From positions 32,001-96,000 of the forward strand of contig CAVQJC010000002.1 in NCBI GenBank assembly GCA_963712745.1: 64,000 nt of DNA, given 5' to 3'. This stretch comes from an uncultured Chloroflexia bacterium. GTDB taxonomy: Bacteria; Chloroflexota; Limnocylindria; Limnocylindrales; CSP1-4. Each line of letters starts with the position of its first letter. The first letter of the stretch is position 1. A model generated the notes under the pieces. The model was given only the letters and a program-made list of their open reading frames with translations. It ran no database searches and had not been told where the DNA came from. Of the stretch, positions 27,685 to 36,260 are shown in pieces. Position numbers and translations under genes: made by a program.

Positions 27685-28743
27685 TCAGACCCAGCCGATG
27701 CGGCGTAGGACTGCGAGCACGACCGCCGCGACCACGACCGTGATGATGGTGATGACCCAGAAACCGGTGCCCTCTCGGCCATCGAGCGCCGATGACGCCT
27801 CGCTCATCCCGAACAGACCGGCCACGGCGGCGATCCCGGCGAGCACCACGGTCGCGCCGGTCAGCCGCTTCATGATGACAGTGAGGTTGTTGTTGACCGT
27901 TGAGAGGTACAGCTCGATGGTGGCGGCGGTCAACTCTCGGAAGCTGTCGAACTCGTCGGTCAGGCGGATGAGGTGGTCGTAGATGTCGCGGAAGTACAGG
28001 ACCTGGGGCTCGCGGATCAGCTCGTGCTCACGGCTGGTGAGCTGGTTGAAGACCTCGCGGCCAGGAGCCACCACGTGTCGAATCTTGATGAGCTCACGCT
28101 TCATCTCCAGGACTTTCTGGAGCGCCTCACGGTCGGGACGGTCAAGGATGCGATCCTCGAGGGCATCGATCTCATCAGCCAACTGGTCGAAGACCGGGAA
28201 GTAGCCATCCACGACGGCATCGCTTAGGGCCCATAGAAGCGCGTCTGTCCCGCGGCTCATGACCGCCCCCGGGCCAGCCCGCAACTGGTGTGCAGCACGC
28301 GGGTCCCACGTGCCCGGGTGGACCGACATAAGGAACCGACGCCCGATGACGAAGTCGACCTCGTGGAGCCTGGTGGCATCGTCGCGCGTCAGGGCGAAGA
28401 GGGCCATGTGGAGGACGTCATCCGCAGCTTCCAGCTTGGCGCGCCCATCGGTCTCGACGATGTCCTCGATGACCAGTGGATGAACACCCAGCTCGCGCGA
28501 GACCGCGCCCACCAGCTCCGCCGACGGGTCAGTCAGGTCGATCCAGACGGTGGTGTCCGGGTCGCCCAGGAATCCCGCGAGGTCGTCGAGCGAGGACGAC
28601 TCCACCACGGCGCGACCTTTGGCCCGGACGATGGACACGGTGCCGGACACCCGCCCCCGGGCGCCCCCGTGGCGGCCGTCACGGCCGCCTTCGCTGGGAT
28701 CGTCCGGCGCTGCCGGGATGACGCCCACGTCTGTCTGCTCCAA
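27685..28743 (-). CDS. corA: CorA-family divalent metal transporter
   Basis: VWIDL, HPLVIEDI, DAVVDGYFP, YFRDIYDHL, two C-terminal TM helices; signature reads GMS instead of GMN. Confidence 0.9.
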   Translation of the reverse strand: MEQTDVGVIPAAPDDPSEGGRDGRHGGARGRVSGTVSIVRAKGRAVVESSSLDDLAGFLGDPDTTVWIDLTDPSAELVGAVSRELGVHPLVIEDIVETDGRAKLEAADDVLHMALFALTRDDATRLHEVDFVIGRRFLMSVHPGTWDPRAAHQLRAGPGAVMSRGTDALLWALSDAVVDGYFPVFDQLADEIDALEDRILDRPDREALQKVLEMKRELIKIRHVVAPGREVFNQLTSREHELIREPQVLYFRDIYDHLIRLTDEFDSFRELTAATIELYLSTVNNNLTVIMKRLTGATVVLAGIAAVAGLFGMSEASSALDGREGTGFWVITIITVVVAAVVLAVLRRIGWV

Positions 28744-28970
28744 AGCTGAACCTCCGTGGTCGCCAGCTTGCCGCGTCGTGCTGCCCAGGCGTGGCCTCGA
28801 GCGACCCTGCCGGTCACGGCGATGAGCCCTCGATCGTCTCTACCGACAGTATCGCACCGCAGGCTGGAGCTGACGGCCGGCGTCGTTGCCTGACAGGGTT
28901 TGCGTCCAGTCCCGTAGAGTCGCGGCAAAGCGGCCTGACCGGAGGCCGTGAGGCATCACTTGAGTGTGCG

Positions 28971-31460
28971 ATGAACGATGATCTCGAACGCCGCGACCTC
29001 TCGCCATCGAGTGCTGGGCGGAGGTCGGCTCCCGGCGCGCCCGGCATCGCACCGACCTGGTCGAGCAGCGCCAAGGACGCGGTCGGGACCTCGCACTTCG
29101 CGAGTCGCGTATGGTTCACCGTCGGCCGGGGCATCCTCAACGAGATCTACTGGCCCCGCGTCGATCGTCCCCAGGTGCGCGACCTCGGCTTCATCGTGGC
29201 CGACGGCGACGGCTTCTGGAGCGAGGTGAAGCGACGCGACGTGGAGTCCGAGGTCCACTCCGTCAGGCCTGGGATCCCGGCGATCGTGGTCGTCCATCGG
29301 CACGCCCGCTACGTGCTGACGCTGCGCATCTGTGCGGATGATCACGCCGATGTCGTCCGGATCGAGGCCAGGCTCGAGGACACGCGCGACGCAGCAGATC
29401 CAACCCGGAGTTCCGCTCCGCTCCGGCTCTATGCGCTGCTGGCACCGCATCTCGGGTTGAGCGGCTGGCACAACCGAGCCTGGACCGGAATGTACAAGGG
29501 CCGTCCCGTGCTCTGCGCCCAGTCCGGTACCACCGCGCTCGCGCTCGCTAGCGATCCTCCTGCCACACGCCAGAGCGTGGGCTTCGTCGGCACGTCGGAC
29601 GGGTGGCAGGACTTCGCGGCCAACGGTCGCATGGCATGGGCGTATGACACTGCGGGCTCGGGCAACGTCGCCGGCATCATCGAGATCGGCCCCGGAGAGG
29701 ACGCGATCCAGCTGGCCTTGGGCTTCGGCGACCATCCGGAGGCGGCGGCGCTCCAGGTTTCGGCTGCGCTCATCGGTCACTTCCACGTGGCCTGGGATGA
29801 GTACGCCGCGAACTGGCAGAAGTTCCAGCGCACCTGCGCACCCCCACCGGGTGAACTCGGCGACGATCTGACTGCCCTGTACCTCGACTCGGCGGCCGTG
29901 CTGCGCACTCACCAGGATCGTGCCTCGCCCGGGGCGACCATCGCCAGCCTGTCTATCCCCTGGGGCAACGCCCGGAACGACCTGGCTGGCTATCACCTGG
30001 TCTGGTCGCGGGACCTCGTCGAATCGGCAGGCGCACTCATCGCGCTCGGGGCCCGTGCCTCAGCACAGCGGACGCTCGCGTACCTCATCGCGACGCAAGA
30101 GCCTGACGGCCACTGGTACCAGAACCAGTGGGTCGACGGCGTCGCCTACTGGAGTGGCATCCAGCTCGATGAGGCAGCCTATCCCATCCTGCTGGCCGGA
30201 GCGTTGCGGCAGGCCGGCGCCGCCCACATGCACGGGCGGCATGAGGAGGCGGCCGACTTCGAGCACCTCGTCAGTGACCGCGCCCTGGGACGGATGATCA
30301 AAGCGGCGGCAGGCTTCATCGCGCGGACGGGGCCGCTGACCCAGCAGGACCGCTGGGAGGAGAACGCGGGGCTAACGACATCCACGCTCGCACCAGTCGT
30401 CGCCGCGCTCGTCGTCGCTGGCGACCACCTGGCCGAGCCGGCCGCGACGTATTGCCGTGAGCTGGCCGATGACTGGAACGCGTCGATCGAGGAATGGACG
30501 TACGTGGAAGGCTCGCGACTGGCACGCGAGCATGGCGTGGCCGGACATTACGTGCGCATCGCTTCTCCGGACGTCCTCGCCGGCGCGCCGGTCTCGACGC
30601 CCGTACCGGTGCGCAACCGAACTGCCGGGGAATCGGAGATCGCCGGCGACGAGATGGTGGGAACGGACTTCCTCGCCCTCGTACGCTTCGGCCTGCGCCA
30701 GCCCGATGACCCGAGGATCCTCTCGACGCTCGAGGTGACTGATGCGCTCCTGCGCACAGACACCCCGAATGGGCCGGTTTGGCACCGCTACAGCGGCGAC
30801 GGATATGGTGAACACGCAGACGGCAGGCCCTTCGATGGGACGGGGATCGGGCGCGGTTGGCCGTTGCTGGTCGGGGAGCGCGGCCACTACGAGCTTGAGG
30901 CGGGTCGTGACCCTCGCCCCTACCTGGAGACGATGCGCCGGTTCGCATCGGGGGGCGGCATGCTGCCCGAACAGGTCTGGGACGCGCCCGCCATCAGTGA
31001 GCGCGGCCTCAGGCTCGGGCAGCCGAGCGGTTCCGCGATGCCGCTGGCGTGGGCTCACGCGGAGTACGTGAAGCTCGCCCGTTCTCTGGCCCTGGGCCAC
31101 GCGATCGATCGCCCCGAGGCAGCCTGGCAGCGCTATCAAGGCAAGCGTCCCGTCGCGACGAGGGCGACCTGGCGCTTCGCGGCTCCGCGGCCATCGATGG
31201 TGGCCGGACGGCTCCTTCGCTTCGAGTTGCTCGCTGCGTGCCGAGTCCACTACTCGTTCGACGGGTGGCGCACGAGCCTTGATGTGGATGCCCGTGACAC
31301 AGGCCTCGGGGTGTGGGTGGCCGACGTCCCCGGATCGGAGGATCTTGCCGCCGGACAGGCGGTGGAAGCCACGTTCTACTGGCCGGACGTCGATCGCTGG
31401 GAGGGCCGGAACTTCCGAGTGGCGATCGCCCCCGATGGGGCGGTGATGGCACCCTACTGA
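28971..31460 (+). CDS. GH15 glucoamylase/glucan 1,4-alpha-glucosidase with a glucodextranase-like N-terminal domain
   Basis: WSSSAKDAVGT, YHLVWSRDLVE, QLDE, QDRWEE, GRGWPLL.GER, LPEQVWD, SAMPLAWAHAEY. Confidence 0.92.
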   Translation: MNDDLERRDLSPSSAGRRSAPGAPGIAPTWSSSAKDAVGTSHFASRVWFTVGRGILNEIYWPRVDRPQVRDLGFIVADGDGFWSEVKRRDVESEVHSVRPGIPAIVVVHRHARYVLTLRICADDHADVVRIEARLEDTRDAADPTRSSAPLRLYALLAPHLGLSGWHNRAWTGMYKGRPVLCAQSGTTALALASDPPATRQSVGFVGTSDGWQDFAANGRMAWAYDTAGSGNVAGIIEIGPGEDAIQLALGFGDHPEAAALQVSAALIGHFHVAWDEYAANWQKFQRTCAPPPGELGDDLTALYLDSAAVLRTHQDRASPGATIASLSIPWGNARNDLAGYHLVWSRDLVESAGALIALGARASAQRTLAYLIATQEPDGHWYQNQWVDGVAYWSGIQLDEAAYPILLAGALRQAGAAHMHGRHEEAADFEHLVSDRALGRMIKAAAGFIARTGPLTQQDRWEENAGLTTSTLAPVVAALVVAGDHLAEPAATYCRELADDWNASIEEWTYVEGSRLAREHGVAGHYVRIASPDVLAGAPVSTPVPVRNRTAGESEIAGDEMVGTDFLALVRFGLRQPDDPRILSTLEVTDALLRTDTPNGPVWHRYSGDGYGEHADGRPFDGTGIGRGWPLLVGERGHYELEAGRDPRPYLETMRRFASGGGMLPEQVWDAPAISERGLRLGQPSGSAMPLAWAHAEYVKLARSLALGHAIDRPEAAWQRYQGKRPVATRATWRFAAPRPSMVAGRLLRFELLAACRVHYSFDGWRTSLDVDARDTGLGVWVADVPGSEDLAAGQAVEATFYWPDVDRWEGRNFRVAIAPDGAVMAPY

Positions 31461-31824
31461 ACCTCGTCCTCCCCTGGTTGCACCGGCACGGCTCACGCGG
31501 CTCGCGAGCCACGGTCCGGCGTGGGAGGGTCAGAAAGGCTACCTCGTCCACCAGACGATGTATGACGAGGCGATGGCCTGGCATCGGCCGTGTGCACAGC
31601 TCGCGGCTTGACGGGGGATCTTGGACCTGGGGTGTCTGGCGGGAGAGGGCGAGACAGGCTACGCGGTTGCGTGGGTGCTGACGCGACCCTCGGTGAGGTC
31701 CCACATGAGGACGCGCCCATCGTCGCCGAGCGTATCCTGCGCGTCGAGATGGGCGAGCACGGTCTCGAGGTCGCTGAACGCCTTGGTCACCGTGTCGAAC
31801 TCGACGACGGCCCGAGCTTCCGCG

Positions 31825-31860
31825 GGCCGACCCTGGAGGACCTGCACCGAGGACCTGCTG
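31825..31860 (-). repeat. Possible fourth, more decayed tRNA-Thr-like fragment (inverted)
   Basis: Minus strand reads CAGCAGGTCCTCGGtgcaggtCC..., matching copy 1 at 22 of 23 nt, then diverges. Confidence 0.45.
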
Positions 31861-31883
31861 GGCAGGGTGTGAGTAGGATCGCG

Positions 31884-33545
31884 TCAGGACGTGGGTGAGG
31901 TCCCAGCTACGTCCGGCTTGTCCGGATCTGCTCGCGCGAGCCGTGTCTCAGGCAGCAGGACGCTGAAGGCGAGCCCGAGCAGGATGAACCCGAAAGCCAC
32001 GAAACCGGTCAGTCTCGCCGCATGTCCGAAGGCATCTTCGAGTAGCGGCACGATGGCCGCCGAGTTCGGCTGCGCCTTGATCCCGGGGAGCGCCTGCCCG
32101 GCCGACGACTCCATGGCCACCGCGATGCTCTCCGCGGCCGACGCTGACAACCCCGGCACGTCGGCAAGCTCGTTGCGCACACCGGCGCCCAGGCTCACGA
32201 GGAGGATCGTGCCCAGGATGGCGATGCCCAGGGCCGAGCCGACCTGTCGCAACGTGGAGTTGGCACCCGATGCCACGCCCGACTTTTCCACCGGGATATC
32301 CGAGAGCGTCACGCTCGTCAGCTGCGCCGTGGCGAGGCCGACGCCGAGGCCGTAGACGAAGAGTGGCAGCACGAGCTGCAGGCCGGTCACCGTCGCGCCG
32401 AGCTGGATGGTCACGAGCAGGATGCCCACCGCCTCGAGGGCCATGCCCAGGCTCACCGTGCGCCGCGGACCGTAGCGGTTCGCCAGCTTGGCCGCGATCG
32501 GTGCCGCGACGAAGGCTCCGATCGCGAGCGAGAGGAAGATGACGCCAGTGTCGAACGCTGACAACCCGAGCGCTGCCTGGAGGAACAGCGGCAGCACGAA
32601 CAGCAACCCGAACTCGCCGAGGGAAACGATCGTGCCCGCCAGGTTCCCGTAGCGGAAGGCCGGGAAGCGCCAGAGCTCGAAATCGAACAGGAAGAACTTG
32701 CCGGCGCGGGCACGGTGACGCTCCACCCAGGCGAACAGCCCGAGCGCCAGGATGCCGAAGCCGAGGGCGACGGGGATGATCGAGATCCCTTCGAGAGGCC
32801 ACGTCCAGCCAAGGATCTCGAGAGGCTGCTTCGGGCTCCACCAGCCGTAGGTGTTGCCCTCGATGAGGCCGAAGATGAACGCCCCCAGGCCGAACGTGAT
32901 GAGCAGGAAGCCGGGCAGGTCGAACCCCGCCTGGGCGTGCTCGTCGCGCGACTCCCTGATGAAGTACAGCGTGCCCACGATGGCCACGATGCCCACGGGG
33001 ATGTTGATGAAGAACGACCAGTGCCAGCTCAAGTTGGTGGTGAACCAGCCGCCGAGCAGCGGGCCCAGGGCGGCCATGCCGCCGATGACCGCGCCCCAGA
33101 TGCCGAAGGCGATGGCTCGATCGTGGCCGCGGAAGTTCGAGTTCAGGATCGACTGCGTGGAGGGCACGATCATGGCGCCGCCGACACCCTGCAGCAGTCG
33201 GGCGCCGATGAGCATCATCCCGCTGTTGGCGAACCCCGCGATGACCGATGCGACCATGAAGACCACCAGGCCCAGCAGGTACATCCTGCGACGACCACGC
33301 TGGTCGCCCAGTCGGCCCAGCGTGATGAGCAGCGCGGCGAACACCAGCGCGTACGTCGTGTTGACCCACTCGGCCTCGGTGCCCTTGATGTCCAGGTCCC
33401 GGATGATCGTGGGCACCGAGACGTTCACGATGGTGGCGTCCACGATGATCATGGCGACGCCGAGGCTAAGCATCGCCAGTCCCAGCCAGCGCCCTCGCCC
33501 CGTCTCGTCCATGGAGGCTGCGGTCTGCACGTGGTCACCCGTCAT
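31884..33545 (-). CDS. MFS DHA2 (14-TM) drug efflux transporter
   Basis: IVDATIVNV, GRLGDQRGRRR, WSFFINIPVG, RQVGSALGIAILG. Confidence 0.93.
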   Translation of the reverse strand: MTGDHVQTAASMDETGRGRWLGLAMLSLGVAMIIVDATIVNVSVPTIIRDLDIKGTEAEWVNTTYALVFAALLITLGRLGDQRGRRRMYLLGLVVFMVASVIAGFANSGMMLIGARLLQGVGGAMIVPSTQSILNSNFRGHDRAIAFGIWGAVIGGMAALGPLLGGWFTTNLSWHWSFFINIPVGIVAIVGTLYFIRESRDEHAQAGFDLPGFLLITFGLGAFIFGLIEGNTYGWWSPKQPLEILGWTWPLEGISIIPVALGFGILALGLFAWVERHRARAGKFFLFDFELWRFPAFRYGNLAGTIVSLGEFGLLFVLPLFLQAALGLSAFDTGVIFLSLAIGAFVAAPIAAKLANRYGPRRTVSLGMALEAVGILLVTIQLGATVTGLQLVLPLFVYGLGVGLATAQLTSVTLSDIPVEKSGVASGANSTLRQVGSALGIAILGTILLVSLGAGVRNELADVPGLSASAAESIAVAMESSAGQALPGIKAQPNSAAIVPLLEDAFGHAARLTGFVAFGFILLGLAFSVLLPETRLARADPDKPDVAGTSPTS

Positions 33546-33666
33546 CTGCGGTCATCTCCTTCGGCGATGCTGGGATGAAACGTAGCACTCGATGGGCCGC
33601 GGCCCCGCGCGTGGCTGGGTCCTTGTTGCCATCCGCTGTCGGGCCGCTCCACGCTCGACACGATAG

Positions 33667-33697
33667 GCAGTGCCCCGCCGAGTGGGCGGGGCACTGC
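33667..33697. other. Perfect 13-bp stem-loop upstream of the MFS gene
   Basis: GCAGTGCCCCGCC-gagtg-GGCGGGGCACTGC. Confidence 0.55.
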
Positions 33698-33819
33698 TTG
33701 TGCGCAAGGGGCATCCGAAGGGTCGAGTGCCACACGTACTGTGATTTCGATCGACCCGACCGGAGGTAGGTCTGGGCGCCCTCCTGCCGGCTCGCGGGGT
33801 ACAAACGGGGCTGCAAGGC

Positions 33820-33854
33820 CAAAGAGAACGACCCTCCACGCTCCGCGGAGGGTC
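33820..33854 (-). terminator. Rho-independent terminator of the tRNA operon
   Basis: Minus strand GACCCTCCGCG-gag-CGTGGAGGGTC followed by GTTCTCTTT, about 20 nt after the tRNA-Arg CCA. Confidence 0.65.
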
Positions 33855-33873
33855 GATATCACACTCAGATGCG

Positions 33874-33949
33874 TGGCGCGCCCGGCGAGACTCGAACTCA
33901 CGACCTTCTGGTCCGCAACCAGATGCTCTATCCACTGAGCTACGGGCGC
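33874..33949 (-). tRNA. tRNA-Arg (anticodon GCG)
   Basis: GCGCCCG acceptor stem, TCTGG-TT GCG GA-CCAGA anticodon arm, TTCGAGT T-loop, encoded CCA; 76 nt. Confidence 0.95.
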
Positions 33950-33956
33950 CCTAGCG

Positions 33957-34048
<92 letters not shown>

Positions 34049-34235
34049 TCTTCAGCCGGCCGATGGTAGCACGCAGCCGAGGAAGGGCGAGTATCATCGG
34101 TCTCCCACCACCACCCAAGACGTGTCGGGCTGTGTCCGGCGCGTCTATTTGATAACAGTGGGCGATCGGGGGAGCCTGCCCCGCCTGCTCACGCCGCGGG
34201 CGCCCGACCGCTCGCGACCCCGGGAGATGTCGATC

Positions 34236-35186
34236 ATGACGAAACGCGTCGTACTTCTCGGCCAGCCGGTCACCCACTCGCTGTCCGAAGCACTGCAGGA
34301 GGCAGCCTTCGCGGCTGCCGGCATCGATGCGCACTACGAGCCCATCGACACCCCCACCGTCGATCTGGCGGCCGCCGTCGAGGCGCTCCGCGGCGACGAG
34401 TACCTGGGCGCCAACATCGGCCACCCGCACAAGGACCGCGTGGCCTCGATGCTCGACCGGCTGACCGAGGAGGCCCAGGTCACCGGCGCGGTCGACACCA
34501 TCACCTGCGACGGCGACCAGCTGGTCGGTCACAACATCGACGTCATCGCCTTCAAGCCCGCGCTCGAGGAGCTGGTGGGCAACCAGAAGATGCCGCGCAA
34601 CGCGGTCGTGGTCGGGGCGGGTGGTGGTGGCCGCGCGGCCATCTACGCGCTCATCCAGGCCGGCTTCCAGAACGTGGCCCTCTTCAATCGCCACCTCCAC
34701 CGCGGCGAGCGCCTGGTCAAGCACTTCGCTCGCAGCGCCGCGCACATGGAGCTCAAGGCCCGGCCCTGGCACGAGTCGGTCATCGAGGCCGAGCTGGCCA
34801 AGACAGACATCCTCATCAACGCCAGCGCCATGGGCAGCGACCCCGACGAGACGCCCATCCCGGCCGAGCTGCTGCCGCCAGACATCCTCGTTCTCGACCT
34901 GCACGTGGTGCCCGAGGAGACCCGGCTGCTGCGCGAGGCCAAGGCCGCCGGAGCGACCAAGGTCATGAACGGCGACGTGATGCTCATCGACCAGACCGCC
35001 GCCGCATTCACGCTGTGGACGGGCGAGCAGGCTCCGCTGGATGTCATCAAGAAGCAGCTCAAGGCATCGCGCAACAAGCCCGACGTCCCGGTGCCGCCTG
35101 CCGAGGAGCGGGCCAACGGCGAGCCGGCCGCCGAGGAACCGGCCACCGAGGCAGGCGCCACCCACGAGGCAGGCGCGGCGGAGTGA
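34236..35186 (+). CDS. aroE: Shikimate dehydrogenase-like protein (divergent active site)
   Basis: GQPVTHSLS, NIGHPHK, GAVDT, GHNID, GAGGGGRA, NRH, MLIDQ..AFTLWTG. Confidence 0.8.
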   Translation: MTKRVVLLGQPVTHSLSEALQEAAFAAAGIDAHYEPIDTPTVDLAAAVEALRGDEYLGANIGHPHKDRVASMLDRLTEEAQVTGAVDTITCDGDQLVGHNIDVIAFKPALEELVGNQKMPRNAVVVGAGGGGRAAIYALIQAGFQNVALFNRHLHRGERLVKHFARSAAHMELKARPWHESVIEAELAKTDILINASAMGSDPDETPIPAELLPPDILVLDLHVVPEETRLLREAKAAGATKVMNGDVMLIDQTAAAFTLWTGEQAPLDVIKKQLKASRNKPDVPVPPAEERANGEPAAEEPATEAGATHEAGAAE

Positions 35187-36211
35187 CCGCCGAGAAGACC
35201 CCCTCCCCCTACGCGACCGAGCGCCGCTTCGCCATCGAGGCAGTCGTGGCCGCCGCGCGCCTGACCAAGGCCGTACGCGACGACTTCGACCCCGGGGCGG
35301 AGGCCGTGTCCAAGGCCGACTCATCACCGGTGACCGTGGCCGACCTGGGCGCGCAGACGCTGGTGAGCATGGCCCTCGCGGAAGGGCTTCCCGACGACGG
35401 GATGCTGGGCGAGGAGGACTTCGGTCCGCTGGCTGATTCGACCGAGCTGGCCGAAGCCGTCCTGGCCCGAGTCCGGGCCCAGCGGCCGGACGTCACGCTC
35501 GACGATGTGCGCGTCGCGCTCGATGCCTGCGACGACCCGGGCGGTCCGGGGCGCCGCTGGTGGACCCTGGACCCGGTCGACGGCACCAAGGGCTTCCTGC
35601 GCAACGAGCAGTACGCGGTCGCGCTGGCGCTCATCGAGGACGGCGAGGTGGTGGTGGCAGCCATGGGTTGCCCCAATCTCCCCTACCGCGGTGAGCCGGG
35701 CGATCTGTCGGTCGAGGGACCGATCGGTGTCCTGTTCGTGGCCGAGCGCGGCCGGGGCACACGCATGATGCCGCTCTTCGAGGCCACGGCCGACCAGGCT
35801 GGCGAACCCGTCCAGGCCGCTGCGCCGGCGACCACGGCGCAGGCGCGCTACGCCGAGTCGGTCGAGGCCGCCCACTCCGACCAGTCGGAAGCCGCACGGA
35901 TCGGCGCCGCCCTCGGCATCACCGCCGAACCCGTCCGCCTTGACTCGCAGACGAAGTATGCGATGGTGGCGCGCGGAGATGCCTCCATCTATCTGCGGGT
36001 CCCACGAGGCGACTACCGCGAGAACATCTGGGATCACGCCGCGGGCATGCTCATCGTGAGCGAGGCAGGCGGACGCGTGTCCGACGTGGAGGGCAAGCCC
36101 TTCGACCTCACCGCCGGCCAGCGCATGACCCGGAACCGTGGGGCGGTCGTCACCGCCGCGGGCATCCACGACGAGGTGGTGGTGGCCGTGCGGTCGGTGC
36201 TGGAGGGGTAA
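35183..36211 (+). CDS. 3'(2'),5'-bisphosphate nucleotidase, HAL2/SAL1-like (inositol monophosphatase superfamily)
   Basis: KADSSPVTVADLGAQ, LDPVDGTKGFLR..QYAVALAL, GCPNL, RLDSQTKY, ENIWDHAAG; GTGA overlap with the aroE-like gene. Confidence 0.9.
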   Translation: MTAEKTPSPYATERRFAIEAVVAAARLTKAVRDDFDPGAEAVSKADSSPVTVADLGAQTLVSMALAEGLPDDGMLGEEDFGPLADSTELAEAVLARVRAQRPDVTLDDVRVALDACDDPGGPGRRWWTLDPVDGTKGFLRNEQYAVALALIEDGEVVVAAMGCPNLPYRGEPGDLSVEGPIGVLFVAERGRGTRMMPLFEATADQAGEPVQAAAPATTAQARYAESVEAAHSDQSEAARIGAALGITAEPVRLDSQTKYAMVARGDASIYLRVPRGDYRENIWDHAAGMLIVSEAGGRVSDVEGKPFDLTAGQRMTRNRGAVVTAAGIHDEVVVAVRSVLEG

Positions 36212-36260
36212 CCGCTCCAGCACGGCGTTCACGCCATACGACGTACCATCGCGGCACGTG

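Noticed and set aside
21700-33900. Integrase, transposase or classical integron attC sites
   Set aside because: No tyrosine/serine recombinase or DDE motifs in any ORF, and I saw no clear RYYYAAC...GTTRRRY pairs.
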